Virus record (IMG/VR): IMGVR_UViG_2734482774_000015
From: a virus
Taxonomy: Duplodnaviria; Heunggongvirae; Uroviricota; Caudoviricetes
Strand: one strand, 5' to 3'
DNA length: 18,985 bases
Both the position numbers and the translations under genes were made by a program. The notes under the pieces are model-generated. The model saw only the letters and a program-made list of their open reading frames with translations. It searched no databases and had not been told where the DNA came from. Shown here one piece after another: positions 1 to 9,096 of the stretch (the first letter of the stretch is position 1; each line of letters opens with the position of its first letter).

Positions 1-513
1 GGAAGATGCTGACTGAGCCGACGACGCGGCCTGTCCGGCTGACGTGCTGGCTGCGCGTGCTGAGCCTGCAGCATCAGTCGCATGGGTTGCCGCCTCACGT
101 GCTGATGTGCCGGCATCGCTGGCTGACTTCTTCGCGGCTGCCGTGTTCTGTGCCACCGCGGACGCGTTACGCGCCACCTCTTCCACCATCAGTTCAAAAC
201 GGCGCAGTGCCTCAGGACGGGCATCATCCTCCGTCATGGCACCGAGAAAATCATTCAGCGTACCGGGTCGGGAATCTTCATACACGGTGATGGTCCCGGC
301 ATGTGACGGCGGGAATCCCTCCACCAACAGAATAACGCTGTACTGCCCGTACTCAACGTCCATGCTGTAACGCCCGGCTTCATCCGGATTTTCTGAGGCC
401 AGCGTGTTCACCACCACCGTGGTGCTGTTACGTTTTGCTTTCAGCTGGATTGTGCAGTTCTGTACCGGTTTTCCTGTGCCGTCTTTCAGTACACCTGAAA
501 TCTTTACTGCCAT
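1..513 (-). CDS. stf: Side tail fibre protein Stf, N-terminal 171 codons (partial; runs off window start)
   Basis: Minus-strand translation from the ATG at 513 reads MAVKISGVLKDGTGKPVQNCTIQLKA...NTLASENPDEAGRYSMDVEYGQYSV..., recognised as λ Stf (orf-401) N-terminus. No stop before the window edge, so it is absent from the ORF track. Confidence 0.85.
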   Translation of the reverse strand, partial: MAVKISGVLKDGTGKPVQNCTIQLKAKRNSTTVVVNTLASENPDEAGRYSMDVEYGQYSVILLVEGFPPSHAGTITVYEDSRPGTLNDFLGAMTEDDARPEALRRFELMVEEVARNASAVAQNTAAAKKSASDAGTSAREAATHATDAAGSARAASTSAGQAASSAQSASS

Positions 514-524
514 ATTCACCCCAC

Positions 525-552
525 AAAAAAGCCCGCCTGAACCGGCGGGCTG
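525..552 (-). terminator. Rho-independent terminator immediately upstream of stf
   Basis: Minus strand reads AGCCCGCCGG-TTCA-GGCGGGCT followed by TTTTTTGTGG: a GC-rich stem-loop plus U-run. Confidence 0.6.
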
Positions 553-573
553 TCATAACACTGTGTTACCTGG

Positions 574-753
574 CTACCAGCCGTCGCTCAGTTTCTGACG
601 AAACGCCGGGAGCTGTGTGGCCAGTGCCCGGATGGCTTCAGCCCCCGTTTTCACACGAAGGTCGATGCGGCGACCAAATCGTTGTAAATCCCCGTAAAGG
701 CAGATGCGCGCCATGCCCGGTGACGCCAGAGGGAGTGTGTGCGTCGCTGCCAT
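574..753 (-). pseudogene. I: Tail assembly protein I remnant: 59 codons, then in-frame TAG
   Basis: Minus-strand ATG at 753 gives MAATHTLPLASPGMARICLYGDLQRFGRRIDLRVKTGAEAIRALATQLPAFRQKLSDGW*, which matches the λ gpI N-terminus as recalled. The full protein is about 223 aa. The stop is followed directly by the pre-stf terminator. Confidence 0.8.
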
Positions 754-1427
754 TTGTCGGTGTACCTCTCTCGTTTGCTCAGTTGTTCAGGAATATGGTG
801 CAGCAGCTCGCCGTCGCCGCAGTAAATTGCGGCGTGATTCGGCACTGATGAACCAAAACAGCACAGCAGCACATCGCCCGGCTGTGCCGCTGACAACGGC
901 ACCTGATACAGCCCCGTCGCCTCCAGATTGCGTTTCACCCACGAAGCATGGCCGCCATTGTCACCAAGAAAATCCCCGCCCTGCGACATAGCGATGGAAA
1001 GAGCAGGTATTGATTCGTAGTACGCCAGCATTTCAGAAAGGATCGCATCCAGTTTCCTTATCGGAAAATAGGCCTGGTCATAGTTGCGATCCACCCGAAA
1101 CTGGAACTCGTGATAATCATCATCGAGCTGAATGAAGTATTTACACCCGACCAGTTTTGCCAGGTCGAAACAGGCATTACGGGCGTAAAAAATTGAGCGG
1201 CGGTCACAGAAATTATCGGCTTCGTCAAAACGACTGGCGATATCGGCTTTGGAAAACACCAGCACCTGTTCACCAAATTCAGCCATGTACTGATGCCGTG
1301 TCTTATCTTCATCATCAACAACGATAAAAATTTTCCCGGTATAGCCAGCACGACGCAACGTCCGGTAAGTCAGAACTTTGTCCGGTCGCCCGTGAGTCAG
1401 AATAAAGGCGCAAAAATCATCACGCAT
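651..1427 (-). CDS. Chimeric ORF: N-terminal GT-A-like (DxD) domain fused in frame to the C-terminal NlpC/P60-like part of λ tail protein K; probable deletion fusion
   Basis: The C-terminal ~90 aa (LEATGLYQVPLSAAQPGDVLLCCFGSSVPNHAAIYCGDGELLHH...AFTGIYNDLVAASTFV) look like the gpK C-terminus and overlap the I start as K does in λ. The N-terminal ~170 aa (FILTHGRPDK...GKIFIVVDDEDKT...IQLDDDYHEF) resemble a family-2 glycosyltransferase pattern. The likely start is the ATG at 1427 (MRDDFCAF), with GAGGAGGAGG 4 nt upstream and an ATGCGTGA overlap with the upstream gene's stop. Confidence 0.55.
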   Translation of the reverse strand: MRDDFCAFILTHGRPDKVLTYRTLRRAGYTGKIFIVVDDEDKTRHQYMAEFGEQVLVFSKADIASRFDEADNFCDRRSIFYARNACFDLAKLVGCKYFIQLDDDYHEFQFRVDRNYDQAYFPIRKLDAILSEMLAYYESIPALSIAMSQGGDFLGDNGGHASWVKRNLEATGLYQVPLSAAQPGDVLLCCFGSSVPNHAAIYCGDGELLHHIPEQLSKRERYTDKWQRRTHSLWRHRAWRASAFTGIYNDLVAASTFV

Positions 1428-2211
1428 ATTCCTCCTCCTCACCACCATGCATGATCTCCACCATGCGCTGCGTCATCCGGACAAATCCATTTTCAATAGC
1501 CTGCTGATAATCAATGATCACCAGCGCCGACTCCTCGAAAAAACACTGAATTTCAGCGGGGGCGTGAGCGTAATAGTCCGCAATTCTGCTGAAATTAAAC
1601 ACCGTGTGACGTTCTGCCGCACACAGGAGGAATTTCTCAATATCAGGCTCAAGGGAAGCCAAACGTATCCGGCTGATCAGCTCCTGCGTTTTCGTATCGT
1701 CGTACAGTTCACTGATATCCGGTTTACCGCCCGACGGCTCATAAACAGGCGTATCAATTTTCGTCGTATACGGCTCCTCCTCATTTCCTGTACCGGGCAA
1801 AACATCCGTCAACAGTTCATCAATTTCTGTCGGGATGAAGCCTGTCAGGGAGACATCAAAATCAGCATTGATTAGGTCCGACAGCTCCATCCGCAACAGA
1901 TCTTCATCCCAGCCAGCATTCATCGGCAGGCGATTATCTGCCAGGCGGTACGCCTTTTTCTGCTCATCCGTCAGGCCAGACAGAACAATGACCGGAACAG
2001 AATCCATTTTGAGCATTTCAGCCGCCATAACACGACCGTGACCCGCAATAATTTCGCCCTTTTCGTCAATCAGCACCGGATTAGTCCAGCCGAATTGCTT
2101 AATACTTTCTACCAGTTGTGCCACCTGCTCAGGGCTGTGCGTCCTGGCGTTGTGCGCATACGGTGACAATTCTTGTAATGGGCGATAGACTATCTTTAAT
2201 TTCTCGCTCAT
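1420..2211 (-). CDS. ParB-like nuclease domain protein (263 aa)
   Basis: The N-terminus (YRPLQELSPYAHNARTHSPEQVAQLVESIKQFGWTNPVLIDEKGEIIAGHGRVMAAEML) has the ParB N-terminal domain pattern including a GxGR arginine motif. AAGGA lies 4 nt upstream of the ATG. It sits in the post-lysis cargo position. Confidence 0.7.
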   Translation of the reverse strand: MSEKLKIVYRPLQELSPYAHNARTHSPEQVAQLVESIKQFGWTNPVLIDEKGEIIAGHGRVMAAEMLKMDSVPVIVLSGLTDEQKKAYRLADNRLPMNAGWDEDLLRMELSDLINADFDVSLTGFIPTEIDELLTDVLPGTGNEEEPYTTKIDTPVYEPSGGKPDISELYDDTKTQELISRIRLASLEPDIEKFLLCAAERHTVFNFSRIADYYAHAPAEIQCFFEESALVIIDYQQAIENGFVRMTQRMVEIMHGGEEEEYA

Positions 2212-2348
2212 ACATCCTTGCTTTATGAATAAAACGCACCCCAGCAGCCAGTGCTACTGGGGGCGGAGGTGTTGCTGGTAAAGTTAGGTATTGGATCAAT
2301 GAGTGAGTCAACATAATATTAAACTCACAATTATAAATCAGCCATATA

Positions 2349-3806
2349 TTAGGAGCGCCAAAAAAAACCTGAAAACAAAATAATAACAGGATAAATTTCA
2401 AGGCGACCAAGAATCATAGCTATGCACATTAAATATTTTGCAATGTCATTAAGCACTCCGAATGACGATGCAGTAGCCCCAAAACCTAATCCCATATTAT
2501 TAATACATGCAGCCACTGTTGCAAATGATGTAAGAAAATCATATCCCATACCATTTAACACCAGTATAAAAAACACCGTGAAGAGAGTATAAAGAAAAAA
2601 GAAACTCCATACAGACCTCATTACACGATCTGTAACTATCTTCCCTCCTACATTTACACTCAACAACGCTCTGGGATGAGAAAGCTGATTTATCTCGTGT
2701 TTGCTTTGTTTGAAAAGTATAAGAAATCGAAGTGACTTAATTCCACCACAAGTTGAACCTATACATCCCCCAAAGAAACTTGACAACAGCAAAAACACTA
2801 TCGTGTGCGTGGGCCAGCTTGCATAATCCTGCATAGCTAAACCATTATCAGTGAGCATGGAGCTGGCAAGAAAAAACGAATGAATAAAACTTCCATGCAA
2901 GTCATACATACCTATATGCCAGACCTGGAAAGAGGTAACAATGATCACCCCTAAGGCTATTAACAGAAAGAAACGAAGTTCAATATCTCTGATTAAAGGT
3001 TTTATCGTTTTCCTGCTAATAACAATATACCAAAGAGTGAAGTTGAAAGCCGATAGCAGGGAAAAAGAACCAGCCACCAGCTCAACCAAATAGTTATTAA
3101 AATATCCGATACTCTCGCTATGAGTTGAGAAACCACCAAGCGAAACTGTGGAAATCCCGTGACAAATAGCATCAAACAAAGGCATTCCTGCAAGTCTATA
3201 ACAGACAATACAAGCAATACCTAATAAAGAATAAGTTATCCACAGTGTCCGTGACGTATCGGCCAGGCGGGGAGTGAGTTTGTCATCCTTAAATGGCCCC
3301 GGCATTTCTGACTGATAAAGCTTTGCACCACCAATACCCAATAATGGCAATACAGCAACCGCCAGAACAATAACTCCTAAACCACCTATAAAATTTAACT
3401 GTGACCGATAGTACAAATATGCCCGAGGTAATGAACTAACATCATCAATTACAGTTGCTCCTGTTGTTGTTATTCCAGAAACCCCTTCAAACAGAGCATC
3501 AATGAACGTTAAATTAAGTTCTGAGTCAATCCATAAAGGGAATGCACTAATAACAGAAAACAAAATCCAAAACATTACAATTATAATAAACCCATCACGG
3601 GTACGTAATTGAATGCCAGATTTCTTAGTTGTATACCACGCTCCGCCACCAATGCAAAAAAATATAACGAAAGTTATAAAGAAAACGAACAGGCTTTTTT
3701 CTTTATAAAACAATGCTACAACCATTGGTGGCAACATTGAAAGACTATAGAGCCAAACCAGGAACCCACACATATGAGTAACAACTCTTACATGAGATGT
3801 ATTCAT
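2349..3806 (-). CDS. trkG: TrkH/TrkG-family K+ uptake transporter (485 aa)
   Basis: Multi-pass hydrophobic protein with repeated pore-like GxGG segments, recognised as E. coli TrkG (Rac prophage cargo). The region is visibly AT-rich compared with flanking phage genes. The track ORF starts 18 nt upstream at a TTG; the ATG giving MNTSHVRV is preferred. Confidence 0.88.
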   Translation of the reverse strand: MNTSHVRVVTHMCGFLVWLYSLSMLPPMVVALFYKEKSLFVFFITFVIFFCIGGGAWYTTKKSGIQLRTRDGFIIIVMFWILFSVISAFPLWIDSELNLTFIDALFEGVSGITTTGATVIDDVSSLPRAYLYYRSQLNFIGGLGVIVLAVAVLPLLGIGGAKLYQSEMPGPFKDDKLTPRLADTSRTLWITYSLLGIACIVCYRLAGMPLFDAICHGISTVSLGGFSTHSESIGYFNNYLVELVAGSFSLLSAFNFTLWYIVISRKTIKPLIRDIELRFFLLIALGVIIVTSFQVWHIGMYDLHGSFIHSFFLASSMLTDNGLAMQDYASWPTHTIVFLLLSSFFGGCIGSTCGGIKSLRFLILFKQSKHEINQLSHPRALLSVNVGGKIVTDRVMRSVWSFFFLYTLFTVFFILVLNGMGYDFLTSFATVAACINNMGLGFGATASSFGVLNDIAKYLMCIAMILGRLEIYPVIILFSGFFWRS

Positions 3807-3943
3807 ATCTAAATATTCTTTCAATTATAACCACCTTGCTGCAATATTATGATTATACTGTATAAAATTTAACTCCTCTTAGATCTTACTTCACTGTTCC
3901 TTATGAAACAATCATCAAAATGAATCATATTGTAGTTAAGATT

Positions 3944-4408
3944 TTACTTTAAACACTGTTCGGTTATGTATTGCTGAGCACCTTCAAGTTGGGCCTGCAT
4001 CATTACCAGTCGTTCCCGGAGGGTGAAATAATCCCGTTCAGCGGTGTCTGCCAGTCGGGGGGAGGCTGCATTATCCACGCCGGAGGCGGTGGTGGCTTCA
4101 CGCACTGACTGACAGACTGCTTTGATGTGCAACCGACGACGACCAGCGGCAACATCATCACGCAGAGCATCATTTTCAGCTTTCGCATCAGCTAACTCCT
4201 TCGTGTATTTTGCATCGAGCGCAGCAACATCACGCTGACGCATCTGCATGTCAGTAATTGCCGCGTTCGCCAGCTTCAGTTCTCTGGCATTTTTGTCGCG
4301 CTGGGCTTTGTAGGTAATGGCGTTATCACGGTAATGATTAACAGCCCATGACAGGCAGACGATGATGCAGATAACCAGAGCGGAGATAATCGCGGTTACT
4401 CTGTTCAT
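3944..4408 (-). CDS. rzpD: Rz-type i-spanin (154 aa)
   Basis: N-terminal TM segment ([20 protein letters not shown]) followed by a coiled-coil-like charged region. Its start overlaps the endolysin stop (ATGA). Matches DLP12 RzpD as recalled. Confidence 0.85.
   Translation of the reverse strand: MNRVTAIISALVICIIVCLSWAVNHYRDNAITYKAQRDKNARELKLANAAITDMQMRQRDVAALDAKYTKELADAKAENDALRDDVAAGRRRLHIKAVCQSVREATTASGVDNAASPRLADTAERDYFTLRERLVMMQAQLEGAQQYITEQCLK
4003..4188 (-). CDS. rzoD: Rz1-type o-spanin lipoprotein, embedded in the +1 frame of Rz (61 aa)
   Basis: Lipobox LVVVGC followed by a proline-rich segment ([15 protein letters not shown]), entirely inside the Rz gene. Confidence 0.85.
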   Translation of the reverse strand: MRKLKMMLCVMMLPLVVVGCTSKQSVSQCVKPPPPPAWIMQPPPDWQTPLNGIISPSGNDW

Positions 4409-4902
4409 TGCTGACCCCACAAACAGATTTCACGCTCAATCTCACGACGAGTCATGAGACCTTTCCATTGCTTACCGCCAGCATATGTCCAGCGACGTAG
4501 CTGATCACATGCGCCTTTGATATCGCCCTGGTTTATTTTGCGAAGAAGCGTCGATGTTCTGAAATTGCCAGCACCCACGTTGTAAACGAATGAGTAAAGA
4601 GCGCCGCGCATTGTTTCCGGTATATCGACTTTGATGTACGGGTTAATTTGTCTGGCGACCGTGGCAAGGTCTTTATTCAGGAGGGCTTTGCATTCTGCTT
4701 TGGTATACGTTTTACCGGGAATGATGTCTTTTCCTGTATGCCCGTGACATACAGTCCATACACCAACAATATCTTTGTATGGTATGTAGCTGACACCTTC
4801 CAGACCATCGTTACCACTTGGGCCAGTAATTAACACTGATGCTATAGCAATTGCTCCGCCACCAATAGCAGCAGCAACGGCTTTTCGTAATGATGGAGGC
4901 AT
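4405..4902 (-). CDS. rrrD: SAR endolysin, T4-lysozyme family (165 aa)
   Basis: N-terminal Gly/Ala-rich weakly hydrophobic signal-anchor-release segment ([20 protein letters not shown]) followed by a lysozyme-like body. Matches DLP12 RrrD / phage 21 R as recalled. Confidence 0.9.
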   Translation of the reverse strand: MPPSLRKAVAAAIGGGAIAIASVLITGPSGNDGLEGVSYIPYKDIVGVWTVCHGHTGKDIIPGKTYTKAECKALLNKDLATVARQINPYIKVDIPETMRGALYSFVYNVGAGNFRTSTLLRKINQGDIKGACDQLRRWTYAGGKQWKGLMTRREIEREICLWGQQ

Positions 4903-5117
4903 TATTCACCTCTCGCAGCCTTGCGCTTATCTTCTTTAATCTTGAAATAAAGGTTTGTCAGGTACGTCAGCAGGCCAAATACCAGGCTACCCAGCACACC
5001 TATTGCTGCCCACTGTGAGGGCGTGACTTTATCGAGCAGCTGTAAAAACCAGTAACCGGCACTACCTGCTGAGGTGCCATAGGCGACACCCGTTGTTAAC
5101 TTATCCATGGATTTCAT
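4902..5117 (-). CDS. essD: Class II pinholin of the S21 family with dual-start motif (71/68 aa)
   Basis: Starts MKSMDK, i.e. two in-frame starts separated by a Lys codon. Two TM segments and a charged C-terminus ([13 protein letters not shown]). Stop overlaps the endolysin start. Confidence 0.85.
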
Positions 5118-5704
5118 AACCCCACCTCGCAGACAAAGCGGGTGTAAATTGAGGGAATACAACGTATCGCAAAAAAGCAGAAACGTAACAGACTCGGAGT
5201 CAGTGAATAACTCAGGTATTGGGTTATCAGCTAATATCGAGACTCAAAAAATGGAAAAACCTGCTCGACGGCGGGTTTAAGCTGTGTGACGAAGTAACCA
5301 CTCTTAACAGCATAACCAATTTTTTACGTACGTAAACCACTAAATGATATTTGCGAGAATGCTACCGAGTATTGAAAACACCACTACAAATACATAAGCA
5401 AATCTCAACAAATAACCAACAAATAATTTCCAGCGTTATTTTTAGCTGGTTTAAATTGAACCTTCAAATTATAGAGCACTTATAAATAACAGCCATTAAT
5501 ATAAATTGGCTAATAGATTTATTTTTATTCAGCCAAGAGCCATGAATAGGATTCGATAGAAAAAGTTCAGATAAAAATAGAGATCTACTTCACAAATCAA
5601 ATGAGAAACCAAAACTTACATCTTGAAATAATCACATTGATTAGATGAATATTTATCGCGCAGTGACATCATTTTTTAATAATAGTTCAAAAAAAGGGCT
5701 CACG

Positions 5705-6787
5705 ATGAAAAAATTAACAGTGGCAATTTCTGCTGTAGCTGCATCAGTACTGATGGCGATGTCTGCTCAGGCAGCTGAAATTTATAATAAAGACAGTAAC
5801 AAGCTGGATCTGTACGGGAAAGTTAATGCTAAGCACTACTTCTCCTCTAATGATGCAGATGATGGTGATACTACTTATGCCCGTCTTGGCTTCAAAGGTG
5901 AAACCCAAATCAACGATCAACTGACTGGTTTCGGTCAGTGGGAATATGAATTCAAAGGCAACCGCGCTGAATCTCAAGGTTCCTCCAAAGATAAAACCCG
6001 TCTTGCCTTCGCTGGCCTGAAATTCGGTGACTACGGCTCCATCGATTATGGCCGTAACTACGGTGTAGCATACGATATTGGTGCATGGACCGACGTTCTG
6101 CCAGAATTCGGTGGCGATACCTGGACCCAAACAGATGTATTCATGACTGGTCGCACCACAGGTGTTGCAACTTATCGTAACAATGACTTCTTTGGTCTGG
6201 TTGATGGTCTGAACTTTGCTGCTCAGTATCAGGGTAAAAATGACCGCACTGACGTAACTGAAGCTAATGGTGATGGTTTCGGTTTCTCCACTACTTATGA
6301 GTATGAAGGATTCGGTGTAGGTGCAACCTATGCTAAATCTGACCGCACTAATAATCAGGTTATCTACGGTAACAACAGCCTGAATGCATCTGGTCAAAAT
6401 GCTGAAGTATGGGCAGCTGGTCTGAAATATGATGCGAACAACATCTATCTGGCTACCACCTATTCTGAAACCCAGAACATGACTGTTTTTGGTAATAACC
6501 ATATTGCCAACAAAGCACAAAACTTCGAAGTAGTTGCACAATATCAGTTCGACTTCGGTCTGCGTCCGTCCGTTGCTTACCTGCAATCTAAAGGAAAAGA
6601 CTTGGGTGCGTGGGGTGATCAGGACCTGGTTGAATATATTGATGTAGGTGCAACCTATTACTTCAACAAAAATATGTCCACTTTTGTTGATTACAAAATC
6701 AACCTGATTGATAAGAGCGATTTCACGAAAGCATCTGGCGTTGCTACCGATGATATCGTTGCTGTAGGTATGGTTTACCAGTTCTAA
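5705..6787 (+). CDS. nmpC: Outer-membrane general porin, OmpC/OmpF/NmpC family (360 aa incl. signal peptide)
   Basis: Signal peptide [23 protein letters not shown], Tyr/Gly-rich beta-barrel repeats and C-terminal ...VYQF. It is convergent with Q and antisense to the late operon, as in DLP12. The track ORF starts 60 nt upstream; the ATG at 5705 is preferred. Confidence 0.85.
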   Translation: MKKLTVAISAVAASVLMAMSAQAAEIYNKDSNKLDLYGKVNAKHYFSSNDADDGDTTYARLGFKGETQINDQLTGFGQWEYEFKGNRAESQGSSKDKTRLAFAGLKFGDYGSIDYGRNYGVAYDIGAWTDVLPEFGGDTWTQTDVFMTGRTTGVATYRNNDFFGLVDGLNFAAQYQGKNDRTDVTEANGDGFGFSTTYEYEGFGVGATYAKSDRTNNQVIYGNNSLNASGQNAEVWAAGLKYDANNIYLATTYSETQNMTVFGNNHIANKAQNFEVVAQYQFDFGLRPSVAYLQSKGKDLGAWGDQDLVEYIDVGATYYFNKNMSTFVDYKINLIDKSDFTKASGVATDDIVAVGMVYQF

Positions 6788-6802
6788 TTTGATTACTAAA
6801 AG

Positions 6803-6838
6803 ATATGTTGCGGGAGGCTTTGCCTCCCCAACATATAA
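6803..6838 (-). terminator. Long imperfect hairpin, candidate tR'-like terminator of the short Q-dependent late leader
   Basis: ATATGTTGCGGGAGGC-TTT-GCCTCCCCAACATAT dyad, followed on the minus strand by CTTTTAG. A second small hairpin GTGGCT..AGCCAC lies adjacent (about 6841..6858). Confidence 0.35.
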
Positions 6839-6916
6839 GTGGCTCCCTCAAGCCACTTCCTTTAGGAGCACAACCTTGCTTCTAACTATATAAACCTTCT
6901 GTTATATATTACCCTT

Positions 6917-6948
6917 TATTTTTGGGGGCGTCTCAACGCCCCATTTTT
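6917..6948 (+). terminator. Rho-independent terminator downstream of nmpC
   Basis: GGGGGCG-TCTCAA-CGCCCC stem-loop followed by ATTTTTAATAATTTTT on the + strand. Confidence 0.55.
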
Positions 6949-6975
6949 AATAATTTTTAGTAAACAATTGGCATA

Positions 6976-7359
6976 TTAATTAGAGTTATTAACAACGATA
7001 TCCATCTCTAACCGGATATCTAATGCCATTAACATCCCTTCAATTATGCCCTCAGCCTTCTGTAACCTTTTCCCGATATAACCATCAGAGCAGCAATGCT
7101 TACCTGCCAGTGACATGAATGTCATACCGACTACATAATAATCTACTAATAAATCGTGCAAATCGCTGTTGTTCTTTTTCAGACGGGCCATGCACCCGCA
7201 AATAATCATCGCGTCATCGTCACAACATTGCGGGCGAGATTTTACTTTTGAAGTAATTAATCCCTTAAAACCGGCGGCAATGGACGACCAGGTCACATCT
7301 TCATGATTATTAGCCGCCCACGCTCCCCAACGCTCAAGAACCATCTGAATATCACGCAT
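6976..7359 (-). CDS. quuD: Late-gene antiterminator Q (127 aa)
   Basis: [22 protein letters not shown]... with Cys-rich putative zinc-binding region ([16 protein letters not shown]). Lies between the nin region and the lysis genes. The track ORF starts 5 codons upstream at a TTG. Confidence 0.85.
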   Translation of the reverse strand: MRDIQMVLERWGAWAANNHEDVTWSSIAAGFKGLITSKVKSRPQCCDDDAMIICGCMARLKKNNSDLHDLLVDYYVVGMTFMSLAGKHCCSDGYIGKRLQKAEGIIEGMLMALDIRLEMDIVVNNSN

Positions 7360-7444
7360 CAACTTACTCCACAAAAATCAGACCAGAACGCCAATTACAA
7401 GCAAAAATCAACGAAACAGTATTAGTTGATTGTTATCTCTGACT

Positions 7445-7585
7445 TCATACTCCTGCTCCTGTCAGGGTTTTGGCGTAATTCTTCAGTATTCGGTAATCGG
7501 TCAAAACAGAACCGGGGAAACGATATAAGCGCAGACGCCCCCAGCGGTGGCGAAGACGTTCTGCCATATAAAACTCAAACATCAT
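7445..7585 (-). CDS. ylcG: Small nin-region protein YlcG (46 aa)
   Basis: Below the ORF-track size cutoff. Minus-strand translation: [46 protein letters not shown]. Start overlaps the rusA stop (ATGA). Confidence 0.8.
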   Translation of the reverse strand: MMFEFYMAERLRHRWGRLRLYRFPGSVLTDYRILKNYAKTLTGAGV

Positions 7586-7944
7586 TCATTCCCCATTTCG
7601 GTGATGGTCAGTTCCAGCCTCCCACCTTTGGTAACAGGCATCTTCACAACGCGGTAATCAACGACCTGAGCATCATCCAGCCAGAAACCTGCTTTAGTGA
7701 GTGCGTCAAAAGCGGCTTTTTGCAGATTATCCAGGTCACGGCGACGGCGATCCGGCATGTGGCACTCAATGCGGATTTTCACAGGCATAGCCAAGCCGAT
7801 ATCCAGCATTGCGTTTTTAATGATTCGGGCGACGTTATCGCGGTATGCCTGCCCCTCTGCGCTGACGTGCGTGCGCCCGCGATTATGGCGGTAATAGCGA
7901 TTATTGCTCGGAGGCCAGGGTAATGTGATGCTGTAGGTATTCAC
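7582..7944 (-). CDS. rusA: Holliday junction resolvase RusA (120 aa)
   Basis: Full-length match to E. coli RusA as recalled ([37 protein letters not shown]...). Confidence 0.95.
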   Translation of the reverse strand: MNTYSITLPWPPSNNRYYRHNRGRTHVSAEGQAYRDNVARIIKNAMLDIGLAMPVKIRIECHMPDRRRRDLDNLQKAAFDALTKAGFWLDDAQVVDYRVVKMPVTKGGRLELTITEMGNE

Positions 7945-8231
7945 GCCTTAATAACCCCCTCTTTCAGCCAGATAACCTGTGTTCTCGCCATACCTTCCAG
8001 CGCGCATTCTTTTGCATATGCAGCATCGACAAAATGTGTGCGGCGGTCGATTTCGTCGTGGCAGGCAGAACATGCAATGGTGGCAATCAGGTCTGGCGGT
8101 TTGGTACCGGTGCCGCACAATCCAGTCAGCCGGATATGTGCCAGTACAGACGTTTCAGGGTTACCATTACATACGCCAGGGATTCTTACCTGGCATTCCC
8201 GACTACGCGCTGCTTTTCTCAAATCAGCCAT
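7941..8231 (-). CDS. ybcO: Nin-region putative nuclease YbcO (96 aa)
   Basis: [37 protein letters not shown]... with multiple Cys. Start overlaps the ninE stop (ATGGCTGA). The track ORF is extended upstream. Confidence 0.85.
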   Translation of the reverse strand: MADLRKAARSRECQVRIPGVCNGNPETSVLAHIRLTGLCGTGTKPPDLIATIACSACHDEIDRRTHFVDAAYAKECALEGMARTQVIWLKEGVIKA

Positions 8232-8394
8232 GATTCCTCCTTGCTGCCAGTCGCAACCATTTTTTATCAACCAGGCTGGCGGTATATCCGAGCAGTGTTG
8301 GTATTTCGGAAGGTTTCAGCTCCGGTTTACGCTTACGACGATTTGGTACTCTGTAGATGTGTCCGTTCATGACACGAATAAGCGGTGTAGCCAT
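8224..8394 (-). CDS. ninE: NinE (56 aa)
   Basis: Below the track cutoff. Minus-strand translation: [56 protein letters not shown]. Start overlaps the ybcN stop. Confidence 0.85.
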   Translation of the reverse strand: MATPLIRVMNGHIYRVPNRRKRKPELKPSEIPTLLGYTASLVDKKWLRLAARRNHG

Positions 8395-8849
8395 TACGCC
8401 TCCTGCTTGTCACGGAGCTGCTGGAACTCGCAGCTCTGCGGAATAGTCAGATGGCAGCCAATATTCACCGCCCAGGCTTCAACCTTACACAGGAAGACAT
8501 ACATCTCTCCGGTATCAAGATCGGAGGTATGGCGTAACGACTGGATAGTGGTGATATCACCGGTTACGACATCAACCAGGTCTTTGGTTTCATAACCGAG
8601 ATATGTGTGTTTGAGAGCATCTTTTACCCAAGCTGGAGTGGCGAACGTTTTACCCCTGCTGATGAGGTATTCACTGATTTCGCTGTACCACATGTGGCTG
8701 AGTGCATTCTGGGAAAGACTGCGTTTCTCACGCCACGGTTTAAGCACCATGCGAAAGCATTTGCCCTCCTCCAGATAAGGCTGGATCTGCCGACCGATAG
8801 CGGTGAAGTTACCGCGATGTAATTTTATGCCGTCTTGTGGGAGGTTCAC
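8394..8849 (-). CDS. ybcN: NinB-position protein YbcN (151 aa), GTG start
   Basis: [57 protein letters not shown]..., recognised as DLP12 YbcN. Confidence 0.85.
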   Translation of the reverse strand: MNLPQDGIKLHRGNFTAIGRQIQPYLEEGKCFRMVLKPWREKRSLSQNALSHMWYSEISEYLISRGKTFATPAWVKDALKHTYLGYETKDLVDVVTGDITTIQSLRHTSDLDTGEMYVFLCKVEAWAVNIGCHLTIPQSCEFQQLRDKQEA

Positions 8850-9096
8850 GCTTCACCTCCGCAGAGGCCAAACGCTGGATGCAAAAAATCGCAGGTGCAT
8901 TTCTGCATCTGTGAATGGAGAAGATAGGTTGGTTTGTATGTGCGCATAACCCCAAATCTTCATACGTTACGGTATCAAGGTAATAATCACTATTTACCTT
9001 TAGCCATTCAGTAATAAGCCTTCTCTGGCGGTTTAATGAATCACCAGACATCTGACCTGGTGATGAAAATCGCATATATGCTATGGCTTTTTTCAT
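8809..9096 (-). pseudogene. ybcK: Serine recombinase (YbcK-like) N-terminal remnant: about 49 homologous codons, then unrelated sequence
   Basis: [49 protein letters not shown] carries the resolvase catalytic Ser/Arg motif. The remaining ~46 codons are not recombinase-like and overlap the ybcN start. A full serine recombinase would be several hundred aa. Confidence 0.7.

Noticed and set aside
6-991. Plus-strand ORFs 6..290, 44..370, 404..598, 435..848 and 704..991
   Set aside because: They lie antisense to the stf, I and K coding sequences, which translate into recognisable phage proteins on the minus strand. They are GC-rich shadow frames with no ribosome-binding sites.
3807-3824. Six-codon upstream extension of trkG from a TTG
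   Set aside because: The ATG giving MNTSHVRV matches the remembered TrkG N-terminus; the TTG start is an ORF-caller artefact. My manual coordinate count was off by one in this line, so the ORF-track frame was used.
5744-6586. 280-aa minus-strand ORF
   Set aside because: Entirely antisense to the porin gene; low-complexity, Ile/Val-rich shadow translation.
7426-8595. Plus-strand ORFs over the nin region (7426..7923, 7697..7894, 7979..8233, 8034..8372, 8038..8595)
   Set aside because: Antisense to the tightly packed, overlapping ylcG-rusA-ybcO-ninE-ybcN genes, which are well recognised.
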